Below are positions 1 to 12,551 of a stretch of 64,000 bases of DNA, piece by piece. The position numbers and the translations under genes are program-made. The notes below the pieces were generated by a model that saw nothing but the letters and a program-made list of their open reading frames with translations, had not been told where the DNA came from and ran no database searches. This DNA comes from an uncultured Gammaproteobacteria bacterium (GTDB taxonomy: Bacteria > Pseudomonadota > Gammaproteobacteria > JAKDMP01), in the NCBI GenBank assembly GCA_963843735.1, contig CAWJLN010000008.1, forward strand, positions 164,818 through 228,817, given 5' to 3'. Position 1 is the first letter of the stretch. Each line of letters begins with the position of its first letter.

Positions 1-1524
1 AAACTCGGGCATCCGCGCGCGGCGGCTCTCTGGTTGTGCCGGGCGTTGCGCACGGCGCCGGACAATGCAACCGCGGCCTATCGTCTGGGCAATGCGCTGC
101 GCATGGCCGGACGCGAGCGCGCGGCCGAGAAGATACTCGTGCGGCTGACCCGCGAGCATCCGACCTGGGGCGAGCCGGCGCAGAGTCTCGCCTGGCTGCA
201 GCGACGCGCGGGACGGGCCGAAGCCGCCGCTGACACCCTGGAAGGCTGGCTTGTGGCCGTCGGCCCGCAACGAAAAGCCGCGCTCGCGGTGAGTGCGTTT
301 CTGCAGGACATGGGCATGGACGCGCGCGCCGAGGCCTTGCTTGCCGCGGCGCCGGACGACGCCGGTCTCGCAGCCGAGCACGGTCGCCTGCTGGCCAAGC
401 TGGGACGTTTCGACGAGGCCGAAACGCTGCTGCGCAAGGCGGTGAGCAAAGAGCCGCAACAGGCGGGTGCCTGGCTGCGACTTGCATATCTCAGGCGTTG
501 GGAAAATGCGGAGGAGAGTCCGCTCGCACTGTTTGAAAACGGCTTGCGCTCTGCGCGGCTCGATGCTTCCGTGAGTTCCGCCATCGGCTTCGCACTCGCA
601 AAGGTTCGCGACGATCTGGGAGATTACGGCGCGGCCTGGGCGGCGCTCGATCGGGCCAATGCGCTGCGGGCGGAGAGCGCGCGTTTCGATCGCGCGGCCT
701 GGCACGATTACGAGCAGGCGGTTTATGCCGTCTTTACGCCGGAATTCTTTTCTGCGCCTCCCGCCGCCGAAGAGAATCCGGAGGCACCAGTGTTCATCGT
801 CGGTATGCCGCGCAGCGGCACCACCTTGCTGGAACGTCGACTCGGCCGGCATTCGGCGCTACTTCCCGCCGGCGAACTGGAAACGGTGGAGGCGCTCGGC
901 TTCGAACTTGCAGGCAAGCGCGGCTATCCGGCCGGGATCGCTGCACTCGCTACGAATGACTTTGCCGACGCCGCGCGAACATGGCGATCACGGCTTCCGC
1001 TTGCGCTCGCGCGTTCTACGAAAGAGATCGTTGACAAGAATCCGTTCAACTTCGTGCACCTGGGTCTGATCGCGCGTTTGTTTCCGCGGGCACGCATTCT
1101 GCATTGCCGCCGCGATCCGCTCGATACCGCGCTCTCGATCTGGTTTCAGAACTTCGCGCATCCGAAAGGCGATTACGCCTACCGCATGGCGGACATTGCC
1201 TGGATGTATGCCTTTTACCGGCGGATGATGGCCTACTGGGAACGCGTGCTGCCGAGTCCCGTACGCGCGGTGGATTACGAACGCCTGGCGGCGGCGCCCG
1301 AGACGGAACTGCGCGCCGTGTTCGAATGGTTGGGACTGGCCTGGGAGTCGGCCATCCTCGACGACAGCAGCGCCGACGACGGCGCGATCGCTACCGCAAG
1401 CCTGTGGCAGGCGCGCCAGTCGGTCTATCAACATGCGGTTGGACGCGCGCGCCACTACGCGCCGTGGATTGCTCCGCTCAGGGATGCCTTGCGCGCCGAG
1501 GGGATTTTTTCAGAAACGGCGTGA
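1..1524 (+). CDS. TPR-repeat protein with C-terminal sulfotransferase domain; 5' end probably lies upstream of the window (no in-frame stop between base 1 and 34)
   Basis: ORF 34..1524 plus open frame back to base 1; repeated TPR-like A/L-rich helices in the N-terminal half; sulfotransferase-like PAPS-binding motif FIVGMPRSGTTLL and RDPLDTALSIW. Confidence 0.6.
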   Translation, partial: KLGHPRAAALWLCRALRTAPDNATAAYRLGNALRMAGRERAAEKILVRLTREHPTWGEPAQSLAWLQRRAGRAEAAADTLEGWLVAVGPQRKAALAVSAFLQDMGMDARAEALLAAAPDDAGLAAEHGRLLAKLGRFDEAETLLRKAVSKEPQQAGAWLRLAYLRRWENAEESPLALFENGLRSARLDASVSSAIGFALAKVRDDLGDYGAAWAALDRANALRAESARFDRAAWHDYEQAVYAVFTPEFFSAPPAAEENPEAPVFIVGMPRSGTTLLERRLGRHSALLPAGELETVEALGFELAGKRGYPAGIAALATNDFADAARTWRSRLPLALARSTKEIVDKNPFNFVHLGLIARLFPRARILHCRRDPLDTALSIWFQNFAHPKGDYAYRMADIAWMYAFYRRMMAYWERVLPSPVRAVDYERLAAAPETELRAVFEWLGLAWESAILDDSSADDGAIATASLWQARQSVYQHAVGRARHYAPWIAPLRDALRAEGIFSETA

Positions 1525-2971
1525 GTGCGTCGCGGGTCGCGGCGATGGAGGTCATGATTGACGGTTCGTATTTTTTCGTGCCGTTGACGAGGACCGCGAA
1601 AGCACCCCAACTGTCGTCGGGAAGGCGGAAATAACCGGCGAGTGCGAATACATCCTTGCCGCCGTGCAGCGAACCGGTCTTGGCGGCGATGCGTTCCATC
1701 CACGCCCGGTTGCCCGCGTCCCCGAGCATGTGCACGGGCGTGTAGGCGGGAACCGTCAGCGAACCGAGAAAGGTCGGAAAGAGTCCCGGACTCCGATACA
1801 TCGTATCGAGAAGTGCCGTGAGATCGCGGGCGCTCGCACGGCTCGTCAACGTGAGTCCGCTGCCGCTTGCCAGATTCACTTGCGGCGCGTGCTGGTGCAT
1901 CAGGCCGGAGCGGGATTCCAACTCGCGCGCGACTTCGCTGAGCGCGGCGCCTGCTGCGGTGAGGCTCAGGGGTGGCTGCGTGTGATCGCGCAGTAGATCG
2001 AGCGCCAGCGTGTCGGCCATGAAGTTGTTGCTCCAGGTGAGCATGCGCCGCGCGAGCATCCACATCGGTTCGCCATCCACGGACGCGACTTCCCTGCCGA
2101 CGGGCGGATCGTCCCAACTCACGCGAACGCTGCCGTCAACGCGGATGCCGGCCGCGGCGAGAAAGGCGCGCAGCAGTTCACCGGTGTAGCGGTTCGGATC
2201 GCTTACCGCGACGTAGTAACGGCGCGTCGAAGCGCCTGCCGGTACGGTGCCGCTTGCGGTGAGCAGGTCGCGCCCGTCGTGCGTCGCGCGCGACAAACCG
2301 ATCATCCGGCGTCCGCCGCGCACGGTTTTGACGCGGTTGTTCAACTCGAACATGGGCAGGGCGTAGGGTGTTTGTACGACGCGCGCCATGCTGCCCGCCT
2401 GCGGTGCAGGCGTGACCGCGACGGCGGTGTTCGCGAAGTTGACGGCGGCGGAGGACAGTTCGGCGTCATAGGAGTTGCTGCTTTCGGCGATTGCGGCGCA
2501 GCGATCCTTCGGGATGCAGGCGAGCTTGCCGAAGCGGCCCGCGTTCACGACCAGATCGCCGCTGATCCGCGTGATGCCGCGTTCGCCGAGATGCCGCACC
2601 AGTGTTGCAAGCGTTTCGTTGGTGAAGCCCGGATCGCCGGCGCCGGCAAAGACGAGATCGCCCTCGACGATACCGTTCGCGATCTTGCCGGTGGCGAGCA
2701 GGCGGGTACGGAAGCGGTAATCCGTGCCCCAGTGCGCGAGCGCCGCCGCCGTCACGTAGAGCTTGCTGGTCGAGGCCGGAGTGAGCGCCGTGTCCGGGTC
2801 GAGTGCGGCGAGTACCTTGCCGTTGTCGAGGCGTACGACGAGCGCGCTCACGCGGGCGCCCCGGTCGTTCAGATGCGCGAGTGGCGCGAGCGGCGCGGCA
2901 GCGAACGCTGTTCCTCCTGCCGCAAAAAGGCAGGCGACGAATCCGGGGCACCGGCGCAAAATCCGTTTCAT
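1478..2971 (-). CDS. dacB: D-alanyl-D-alanine carboxypeptidase/endopeptidase, PBP4 family
   Basis: 497 aa; signal peptide; active-site STSK motif (ASTSKLYVTAAAL); family-level similarity to DacB/PBP4. Confidence 0.85.
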   Translation of the reverse strand: MKRILRRCPGFVACLFAAGGTAFAAAPLAPLAHLNDRGARVSALVVRLDNGKVLAALDPDTALTPASTSKLYVTAAALAHWGTDYRFRTRLLATGKIANGIVEGDLVFAGAGDPGFTNETLATLVRHLGERGITRISGDLVVNAGRFGKLACIPKDRCAAIAESSNSYDAELSSAAVNFANTAVAVTPAPQAGSMARVVQTPYALPMFELNNRVKTVRGGRRMIGLSRATHDGRDLLTASGTVPAGASTRRYYVAVSDPNRYTGELLRAFLAAAGIRVDGSVRVSWDDPPVGREVASVDGEPMWMLARRMLTWSNNFMADTLALDLLRDHTQPPLSLTAAGAALSEVARELESRSGLMHQHAPQVNLASGSGLTLTSRASARDLTALLDTMYRSPGLFPTFLGSLTVPAYTPVHMLGDAGNRAWMERIAAKTGSLHGGKDVFALAGYFRLPDDSWGAFAVLVNGTKKYEPSIMTSIAATRDALTPFLKKSPRRARHP

Positions 2972-4320
2972 TTCGTGCTTTCGACGCGGGCGCCGATTTC
3001 GCCGCGTGCGAGACGGGCGCGGATGCGTGCGCCGCGCGCGACCGCATTCGCGTCGCGAAGCACGCGGCCTTCGGCGTCGGAGACGATGGCATAGCCGCGG
3101 GCGAGCGTCTGTTCCGGGCCCAAGGCCTGCAGCCGACCGGCGAAGGATTGCAGGTTTGTACGATGTTGTTCCAGCCAGATGTGTTTACTGTGGGCGAGAT
3201 TGCCCTGTAATTGCCCGAGCTGCATTCGCAGCCGCCCGATGCGGGCAGCAGGCGAAATGTGCGCAAGTTCCGCGCGCAGCGTATCGAGGCGGGCACGCCG
3301 CGCGGCAAGGAAACGCGGAAGGGCGTCCGCAAGCCGGCCCGAGAGCTCGTCGAGGCGTTGCGTGCGTTCCTGCAGGCGGCGGTGCGGATGCTGCACTTCG
3401 ATGCGGCGCGCCAATGCCGCGACGGACTGGCGCCGTTCGCGTGCGCCGCGTTGCCAGCCGTGTGCGATGCGTCCCTTGAGTTGCACGAGACGCGCGAGCA
3501 GTTCTCCGGCATCCGGCGTGACTGCTTCGGCCGCCGCCGACGGCGTGGGCGCACGCAAATCCGCCGCAAAGTCGGCAATGGTGAAGTCGGTCTCGTGGCC
3601 GACGCCGGCGACGACGGGAATCTGGCAGGCGCGGATGGCGCGGGCGACGGTTTCCTCATTGAAAGACCAGAGATCCTCCAGCGAGCCGCCGCCGCGAGCG
3701 AGGATAAGCACGTCGCAGTCGCGCCGTGCCGAGGCGAGTGCAAGCGCTTGAACAATCATGCCCGCGGCCGCATCGCCCTGAACCTGTACGGGATAGATGA
3801 GCACGTCGGCCGCCGGATAGCGGCGCGCAAGCACGTTGAGAATATCGCGCAGCGCCGCGCCGGTGGACGAAGTGACGACGCCGATGCGCCGCGGGTAAGG
3901 TGGCAGCGGACGCTTGAGCGCTTGATCGAACAGGCCCTCGTCCGCGAGCCTTTTCTTCAGCGCCTCGAAGGCGCGCTGCAGGGCGCCGAGTCCGGCTTCT
4001 TCCAGCTCCGAGACATAGAGCTGAAACTCGCCGCGGGCGGGATAGATCGAAACCCGTCCGCGCGCGAGCACCTTGAGCCCGTCGGCGAGCGGAAAGCGAA
4101 CGCGCATCGCCTCGCGCTTGAACAAGGCGCAGCGAAGCTGGGCATCCGCATCCTTCAGCGTGAAATAGACGTGACCCGAGCGCGGACGGGCGAGATTGGA
4201 GATTTCGCCCTCAACCGCCACCGTGCCGAAGCCTTCCTCCAGCAGCTGTTTGGCGGCGCCGACCAGCGCCGAAACCGAGAAAACGGGGTTTTCGAGGGCC
4301 GATTCATCGCTCATGTGCAC
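2968..4320 (-). CDS. xseA: exodeoxyribonuclease VII large subunit
   Basis: 450 aa; N-terminal OB-fold region (VSALVGAAKQLLEEGFGTVAVEGEISN) and catalytic core typical of XseA; stop abuts dacB start (operon-like). Confidence 0.9.
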   Translation of the reverse strand: MHMSDESALENPVFSVSALVGAAKQLLEEGFGTVAVEGEISNLARPRSGHVYFTLKDADAQLRCALFKREAMRVRFPLADGLKVLARGRVSIYPARGEFQLYVSELEEAGLGALQRAFEALKKRLADEGLFDQALKRPLPPYPRRIGVVTSSTGAALRDILNVLARRYPAADVLIYPVQVQGDAAAGMIVQALALASARRDCDVLILARGGGSLEDLWSFNEETVARAIRACQIPVVAGVGHETDFTIADFAADLRAPTPSAAAEAVTPDAGELLARLVQLKGRIAHGWQRGARERRQSVAALARRIEVQHPHRRLQERTQRLDELSGRLADALPRFLAARRARLDTLRAELAHISPAARIGRLRMQLGQLQGNLAHSKHIWLEQHRTNLQSFAGRLQALGPEQTLARGYAIVSDAEGRVLRDANAVARGARIRARLARGEIGARVESTK

Positions 4321-4574
4321 ATTGTACTTGCGCTGATCGAAAGAACGAAAGCGGGTAAAACCCCGAAATCGGCTCTATACTTCTGCGTGTTATACGCTGC
4401 GGGTGACGAACCACGGCAAGCTGGTGGGCCGAGTACGTGTTCAAGAACGGCGATCTCGTGAGCATCCGCGAGATCAAAGACAAGCAATAGACCGATTTTG
4501 CTTCTCCGCGCCACGGCGTCGCGGCAGGGGCGGGCGCTACAATAATCCGTTGCCGCACTCGCGACGGAGCGTTC

Positions 4575-7500
4575 ATGGCGCAGCCGGCCGAAAGTCTGAA
4601 AATCGGGTTTCCGCCCTTCGTATTCGGCGGCGAGGCGCCCGTGCCCGAGGGGCTGCGCGCGGCGATCAACCGCGAGTTCCTGGCCGACGAGACGGCGGCG
4701 ATCGAGCGGCTGATTGCGCAAGCGCGCCCGGACGCGCAAACCGCGCAGTGCATCGAGGCGCGAGCGCGGGGCTTGGTCGAGGCCGTGCGCGGCGCTTCGG
4801 GCGATCAGGGCGGGGTCGAGGCGTTCCTGCACCAGTACGACCTGTCTTCCGAGGAAGGCATCGTGCTCATGTGCCTCGCCGAGGCGCTGATCCGCATTCC
4901 CGACGCCGATACCGCCGACAAACTCATCCGCGACAAGCTGGCGCGCGGAAACTGGTCGGAAAAGCTCGGCGAGAGCCGTTCGCTGTTCGTGAACGCATCC
5001 ACCTGGGGTTTGATGCTCACCGGCCGATTGGTGAGCCTGGACGAAGGCGTGGAAAAAAATCCCGCGTCCTTCCTTGCGCGCATGACGCAGCGCACGGGCG
5101 AACCGATCGTGCGCACGGCGATGCGCCAGGCCATGCGCATCCTCGGACGCCAGTTTGTGATGGGCCGCAACATTAAAGAAGCGCTTTCCCGCGCGGGCGA
5201 ACGCGACAACCGCATCTATCGCTATAGTTTCGACATGCTCGGCGAGGCGGCGCTCACCGAGGCGGACGCGCGACTCTTTCACAAGGCGTACCGAGAGGCG
5301 ATCGAGGCGATCGGCGCGGCGAATAAACAAACCGACATCTTCGATGCGCACGGTATCTCGGTCAAGCTCTCGGCGCTTTATCCACGTTATGAACTCGCGC
5401 GCCGCGACGATGCGCTCGGCGCATTGGTGCCGCGGCTGAAGTCGCTTGCCGAAGCGGCCAAGGTGGCCGGCATCGGCCTCACCGTGGATGCCGAAGAGGC
5501 GGTGCGCCTCGATCTTTCACTGGACATCGTCGAGGCCGTGTACCGCGATCCGATCCTGGACGGTTACGAGGGTTTCGGGCTTGCGGTGCAGGCATATCAG
5601 AAACGCGCGCCCGCGGTTATAGACTGGCTCGCGGCGCTTGCGGCGGAGGTCGGCCGGCGCATCCCGGTGCGTCTCGTGAAGGGCGCGTACTGGGACAGCG
5701 AGATCAAGTTCGCGCAAATCGCGGGCCTCGACGACTATCCGGTGTTCACACGCAAGGTCAATACGGACGTGTGCTACCTCGCCTGCGCCAGGCGCATGCT
5801 GGCCGCGGGCGCTGCCTTGTATCCGCAGTTCGCGACGCACAACGCCTATACGCTTGCCGCGATTGTCGAGTTCGCCGGCGCACGCAGGGACTACGAATTC
5901 CAGCGTCTGCACGGCATGGGCGAGACGCTATACGGCGAACTGCTCGACAAGGAGGGCAAGGGGCGGCATTGCCGCGTGTACGCGCCGGTCGGCGCGCATC
6001 GCGAGCTGCTGCCGTATCTGGTGCGGCGCCTGCTTGAAAACGGCGCCAACACTTCCTTTGTGCACCGCATCGGCGATCCACGCGAGTCGATCGAAAAAAT
6101 CGTAGCCGATCCAATTGCGCTTGCCGCTGCGAACGAACCCAAACGGCATCCGAAGATTCCGCTGCCGCGCGATCTTTATGCACCGCTGCGCAGGAACTCG
6201 CGCGGGATCAACACCGCCGATCTCGCCACGCTTGCAGGCTTGCGCGAGAACATGGAGCAGGTGCTGAGCGAAGATTGGCGCGCAATGCCCATCGTGAACG
6301 GAAAGGAACGCAAGGGGCGTTCGCGTCCGGTCAGCGATCCCGCTGACAACCGGCGCATCGTGGGCGAGGTTGTCGATGCCGACGCGGCGGCGGTGACCGA
6401 AGCCATCGGTATCGCACAGGCGGCGCAGCCGCGCTGGGATGCGACGCCCGCCGTCGAACGTGCGGCGATACTCGATCGCGCAGCGGATCTGCTCGAAGCG
6501 CGCATGCCCGAATTCATGGCGCTGTGCGTGCGCGAGGCAGGCAAGAGCATTCCCGACGGCATCGCCGAAGTGCGCGAGGCGGTGGATCATCTGCGCTACA
6601 ACGCCGCCGAATGCCGACGCCAGTTTGGCGCGCCGCTTGAGTTGCCGGGACCGACCGGTGAACACAACGAATTGCAGTTGCACGGGCGCGGTGTGTTCGT
6701 CTGCATCAGCCCGTGGAATTTTCCGGTCGCAATCTTTCTCGCCCAGGTGAGCGGTGCGCTCGCGGCGGGCAACGCCGTGATCGCGAAACCCGCCGAGCAG
6801 ACTTCGCTGATCGGCTGCCGCGCGGTGCAGCTGTTGCACGAGGCCGGCGTGCCGGGCGATGTGCTGCATTTTCTGCCCGGCGATGGGCCCACCGTCGGAC
6901 AGGCCGCAGTAGGCGATCCACGCATCGCGGGCGTCGCCTTCACCGGTTCCACCGAGACCGCGCGCGCGATCAACCTGACGCTCGCCGAACGCGACGGATC
7001 GCTTGCGACCTTGATCGCCGAAACGGGCGGGCAGAACGCGATGATCGTGGATTCTTCGGCACTGCCCGAACAGGTGGTGCTCGACGTCGCCGGTTCCGCC
7101 TTCGGCAGCGCGGGCCAGCGCTGTTCGGCATTGCGAGTATTGTGCGTGCAGGAGGAAATTGCGCCGCGCGTGCTCGAGATACTCGCTGGCTACATGGAGA
7201 CGCTCACCGTCGGCGATCCGGGACTGCTCGCGACCGACGTCGGTCCGGTGATAGATCACGATGCGCGCAAGATACTCGAAGCGCACGCGGAAGCGATTTC
7301 GCGAAAGGGCAAAGTGATCGCGCACGTGCCCTTGCCGGAGGCCTGTTCGGTCGGCAGTTTCGTCGCGCCGCTCGCGGTCGAAATCGAGGGCATCGAAGTG
7401 CTGGAACGCGAAGTATTCGGCCCCATCTTGCACGTTCTGCGCTACCGCTCGCGTGATCTCAAGCGCCTGGTCGAGGCGGTGAACGCGACCGGTTACGGGC

Positions 7501-7760
7501 TTACCTTCGGCGTACACAGCCGCATCGAGGGCGAGGCCGAACGCCTGACCGCGCGCATCGGTGCGGGCAATTGCTACGTGAACCGCAACATGGTCGGTGC
7601 CGTGGTCGGCGTGCAGCCCTTCGGCGGTTGCGGACTTTCCGGCACCGGCCCCAAGGCGGGCGGGCCGCATTATCTCGCGCGCTTCGCCACCGAGAAGACC
7701 GTTACTATCAATACCGCTGCGGTCGGCGGCAATGCAAGTCTGCTCGCGATGGAAGATTAA
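4575..7760 (+). CDS. putA: bifunctional proline dehydrogenase / delta-1-pyrroline-5-carboxylate dehydrogenase
   Basis: 1061 aa intact ORF; PRODH TIM-barrel region followed by aldehyde dehydrogenase domain with catalytic Cys (GQRCSALR) and nucleotide-binding FTGSTETA. Confidence 0.95.
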   Translation: MAQPAESLKIGFPPFVFGGEAPVPEGLRAAINREFLADETAAIERLIAQARPDAQTAQCIEARARGLVEAVRGASGDQGGVEAFLHQYDLSSEEGIVLMCLAEALIRIPDADTADKLIRDKLARGNWSEKLGESRSLFVNASTWGLMLTGRLVSLDEGVEKNPASFLARMTQRTGEPIVRTAMRQAMRILGRQFVMGRNIKEALSRAGERDNRIYRYSFDMLGEAALTEADARLFHKAYREAIEAIGAANKQTDIFDAHGISVKLSALYPRYELARRDDALGALVPRLKSLAEAAKVAGIGLTVDAEEAVRLDLSLDIVEAVYRDPILDGYEGFGLAVQAYQKRAPAVIDWLAALAAEVGRRIPVRLVKGAYWDSEIKFAQIAGLDDYPVFTRKVNTDVCYLACARRMLAAGAALYPQFATHNAYTLAAIVEFAGARRDYEFQRLHGMGETLYGELLDKEGKGRHCRVYAPVGAHRELLPYLVRRLLENGANTSFVHRIGDPRESIEKIVADPIALAAANEPKRHPKIPLPRDLYAPLRRNSRGINTADLATLAGLRENMEQVLSEDWRAMPIVNGKERKGRSRPVSDPADNRRIVGEVVDADAAAVTEAIGIAQAAQPRWDATPAVERAAILDRAADLLEARMPEFMALCVREAGKSIPDGIAEVREAVDHLRYNAAECRRQFGAPLELPGPTGEHNELQLHGRGVFVCISPWNFPVAIFLAQVSGALAAGNAVIAKPAEQTSLIGCRAVQLLHEAGVPGDVLHFLPGDGPTVGQAAVGDPRIAGVAFTGSTETARAINLTLAERDGSLATLIAETGGQNAMIVDSSALPEQVVLDVAGSAFGSAGQRCSALRVLCVQEEIAPRVLEILAGYMETLTVGDPGLLATDVGPVIDHDARKILEAHAEAISRKGKVIAHVPLPEACSVGSFVAPLAVEIEGIEVLEREVFGPILHVLRYRSRDLKRLVEAVNATGYGLTFGVHSRIEGEAERLTARIGAGNCYVNRNMVGAVVGVQPFGGCGLSGTGPKAGGPHYLARFATEKTVTINTAAVGGNASLLAMED

Positions 7761-7762
7761 TC

Positions 7763-9127
7763 ATGGCAATCAGCGTATTCGATTTATTCAAGATCGGCAT
7801 CGGCCCGTCGTCCTCGCATACCGTGGGACCGATGCGCGCCGCGCGCCGGTTTCTTCTCGATGCGAAAGAGGCGAAGGTGTTCGGTCGCGCGGCGCGCCTC
7901 GAAGTCGGACTTTACGGTTCGCTTGCGCTTACCGGCAAGGGTCACGGGACGGATCGCGCGGTGCTGCTTGGACTCGCGGGAGAGGAGGCCGACCGCATCG
8001 AACCCGAACGCATCGGGCCGATTCTCGAGGGCATTGCCGCAAGCGGACGCATCGCCTTGCTCGGCGAACGCGAGATTGCGTTCGATGCCGAACGCGATGT
8101 TCTTTTCCATCGCGAGGAGCAGCTGCCGCGCCACACCAACGGCATGCGCTACCGTCTGCTCGGCGCGGATGACGCGGAGCTTTTGAGCGAGGATTTCTAT
8201 TCGATCGGCGGCGGTTTCATTCTGTGCGGCGACGAGGTCAACGGCGGCGATAACGACGTCGCGTTGCCGCATCCGTTTGCCAGCGGTGCGGAACTGCTGG
8301 CGCGATGCCGGGAGACGGGCAAGCGCATTCCCGTGCTGATGCGCGAGAACGAGAATGCCTTCCGGCCGTGGGAGGAAACGCGCGCGGGGTTGCTCCGCAT
8401 CTGGGCCGTGATGCAGGACTGCGTCGAGCGCGGCATAACGAGTACGGAAACTTCGCTGCCCGGCGGACTGCGCGTGCGCCGTCGGGCGCCGGCGCTGCAT
8501 GCGCGCCTCAAGGCCGAGCACGTCGCCAACCCGCTCGACGTCATGGATTGGGTGAATCTCTTTGCGCTCGCCGTCAACGAGGAGAACGCTGCAGGCGGGC
8601 GAGTGGTCACGGCGCCCACCAACGGCGCGGCTGGAATCGTGCCGGCGGTACTCCATTATTACGCTCGTTTCGTTGAAGGCGCGGACGACGAAGGCGTAGT
8701 GGATTTTCTTCTCGCCGCCGGTGCGATCGGCGCTCTTTACAAGAAGAATGCCTCGATCTCCGGCGCCGAGATGGGTTGCCAGGGCGAGGTTGGCGTCGCC
8801 TGTTCGATGGCGGCGGCGGGGCTTGCGACGGCGATGGGCGCAAGCGGCGAACAGATCGAGAATGCCGCCGAAATCGGCATGGAACATAACCTCGGTCTGA
8901 CCTGCGATCCGATCATGGGTCTGGTGCAGATTCCCTGCATCGAACGCAACGCGATGGGTGCGATGAAGGCGATCAACGCGCAGCGGCTCGCCATGCACAG
9001 CGACGGCACGCATCGGGTGTCGCTCGACGAGGTGATCGCCACCATGCGCCAGACCGGGCGCGACATGCAGAGCATCTACAAGGAAACCTCGCTCGGCGGG
9101 CTTGCCGTCAACGTCATCGAATGCTAG
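7763..9127 (+). CDS. sdaA: L-serine dehydratase (iron-sulfur dependent, single chain)
   Basis: Start chosen at ATG 7763 ([24 protein letters not shown], canonical SdaA N-terminus) rather than the upstream 7571 ORF start; about 454 aa with conserved C-terminal block [26 protein letters not shown]. Confidence 0.9.
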   Translation: MAISVFDLFKIGIGPSSSHTVGPMRAARRFLLDAKEAKVFGRAARLEVGLYGSLALTGKGHGTDRAVLLGLAGEEADRIEPERIGPILEGIAASGRIALLGEREIAFDAERDVLFHREEQLPRHTNGMRYRLLGADDAELLSEDFYSIGGGFILCGDEVNGGDNDVALPHPFASGAELLARCRETGKRIPVLMRENENAFRPWEETRAGLLRIWAVMQDCVERGITSTETSLPGGLRVRRRAPALHARLKAEHVANPLDVMDWVNLFALAVNEENAAGGRVVTAPTNGAAGIVPAVLHYYARFVEGADDEGVVDFLLAAGAIGALYKKNASISGAEMGCQGEVGVACSMAAAGLATAMGASGEQIENAAEIGMEHNLGLTCDPIMGLVQIPCIERNAMGAMKAINAQRLAMHSDGTHRVSLDEVIATMRQTGRDMQSIYKETSLGGLAVNVIEC

Positions 9128-9172
9128 TAAAATTTCAAATTAATCAGTTTCATAGTCCTTGGGGGTGCGCTT

Positions 9173-9904
9173 ATGCCTGTGGGGAAAAGGCTCTTCGGCG
9201 GCATTGATTATCATCCGTTCAAGCGCGTATTGAACGGTTATCTGTCGGGACCGGCAGGCGGCGAAAATCGGCCCATTTTCTGGGATACAGACGCTGTCTG
9301 CCCGGAGTTGCACAGGCTGGAAGAGGCCTTTCCTCAGATCAGGGCGGAGGTGGATGCACTGCTTGCCGAGCGTACGAGCATGCCTTCCTATCACGAGATC
9401 AACGAGCCCGCTACCGGGATTTCAGCCGGTACCGAAGGGCGCTGGAACGTATTCATGCTGGAGATTCTCGGCCATCGGATGAAAGAGAATCTCGCCCGCT
9501 GCCCGCAGACGGCGCGCACGCTGGCGCGTATACCGCGGCGGATTCAGGCGTTCTTTTCGGTACTCGATCCCGGCAAGTCGGTGCCCCTGCACGAGGGTCC
9601 GTACCTGGGATACCTGCGCTACCATCTCGGGGTGCGCATACCGGCGGAGAATCCGCCGCTGATCCGGGTGGCCGGCCGCCCCTACGTGTGGAAGGAGGGC
9701 GAGGGGGCCGTTTTCGACGATTCCTGGCCGCACGAGGTCGAAAATCACTGCCGCGAATTGCGGGTGGTTCTGATCGTGGACGTGCGCAGACCCTTGCCGT
9801 TGATTCCCGATCTGGTCAATCGCGCCGTGCTCTATGGCGTCGCGGCGCCGCTTTACGGGCGCGCCGTCATCAAACGCGCACGCCGCCACGCGGCTTCCCG
9901 CTAG
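9173..9904 (+). CDS. aspartyl/asparaginyl beta-hydroxylase family protein (2OG-Fe(II) oxygenase type)
   Basis: 243 aa; conserved hydroxylase-family blocks (SVLDPGKSVPLHEGPYLGYLRYHLGVRIP, FDDSWPHEVEN). Confidence 0.6.
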   Translation: MPVGKRLFGGIDYHPFKRVLNGYLSGPAGGENRPIFWDTDAVCPELHRLEEAFPQIRAEVDALLAERTSMPSYHEINEPATGISAGTEGRWNVFMLEILGHRMKENLARCPQTARTLARIPRRIQAFFSVLDPGKSVPLHEGPYLGYLRYHLGVRIPAENPPLIRVAGRPYVWKEGEGAVFDDSWPHEVENHCRELRVVLIVDVRRPLPLIPDLVNRAVLYGVAAPLYGRAVIKRARRHAASR

Positions 9905-9964
9905 CACTGCAATCGGAGTCTCTGGTTCTCATCGACGATTGCGGCCTGATAACATCGCCGCGCC

Positions 9965-12114
<2,150 letters not shown>

Positions 12115-12161
12115 TGACAAAATTATTTTCGTCACTGACCCATCAATTTTGAGGTAAGCGC

Positions 12162-12494
12162 ATGAATTTCCTGATCTCCGATGCTTGGGCTGCACCCGCA
12201 GCGACCGGACCCGCCGGCGGCAACTGGTCGTTCCTGGTTATCATCGTCGTGATTGGCGTGCTTTTTTACTTCATGCTGATCCGCCCGCAGCAGAAACGCC
12301 AGAAGCAGCACCGGCAGATGGTGGAGCAATTGAGCGCCGGCGATGAGGTGGTCACCAGCGGCGGCATGCTCGGACGGGTAACCCAGGTGAGCGATCAGTT
12401 CATCGGGGTAGAGATTGCCAAGGGCGTGGAAATCCGTGTGCAGAAAAATGCGGTCGGTACCGTCCTTCCCAAGGGCACGGTCAAGCACGGCTGA
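12162..12494 (+). CDS. yajC: preprotein translocase subunit YajC
   Basis: 110 aa; single TM helix followed by the YajC motif FYFMLIRPQQKRQK...GDEVVTSGGMLGRV; conserved queA-tgt-yajC-secDF gene order. Confidence 0.85.
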   Translation: MNFLISDAWAAPAATGPAGGNWSFLVIIVVIGVLFYFMLIRPQQKRQKQHRQMVEQLSAGDEVVTSGGMLGRVTQVSDQFIGVEIAKGVEIRVQKNAVGTVLPKGTVKHG

Positions 12495-12551
12495 GCCGCG
12501 AGGAATGAGTAGAGACGGAGTCGCCCCCGCGGGCCGCACAACAGGAAAGCA

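Noticed and set aside
5928-7670. 580-aa minus-strand ORF (and many other 100-450-aa ORFs opposite putA, xseA, recN, secD)
   Set aside because: Antisense to strongly supported genes in about 68% GC DNA, where stop codons are rare; Arg/Ala/Pro-rich low-complexity translations; no domain signatures.
7571-7762. Upstream extension of the sdaA ORF (track start 7571)
   Set aside because: Overlaps the 3' end of putA; the canonical SdaA N-terminus [19 protein letters not shown] begins at 7763 one codon after the putA stop.
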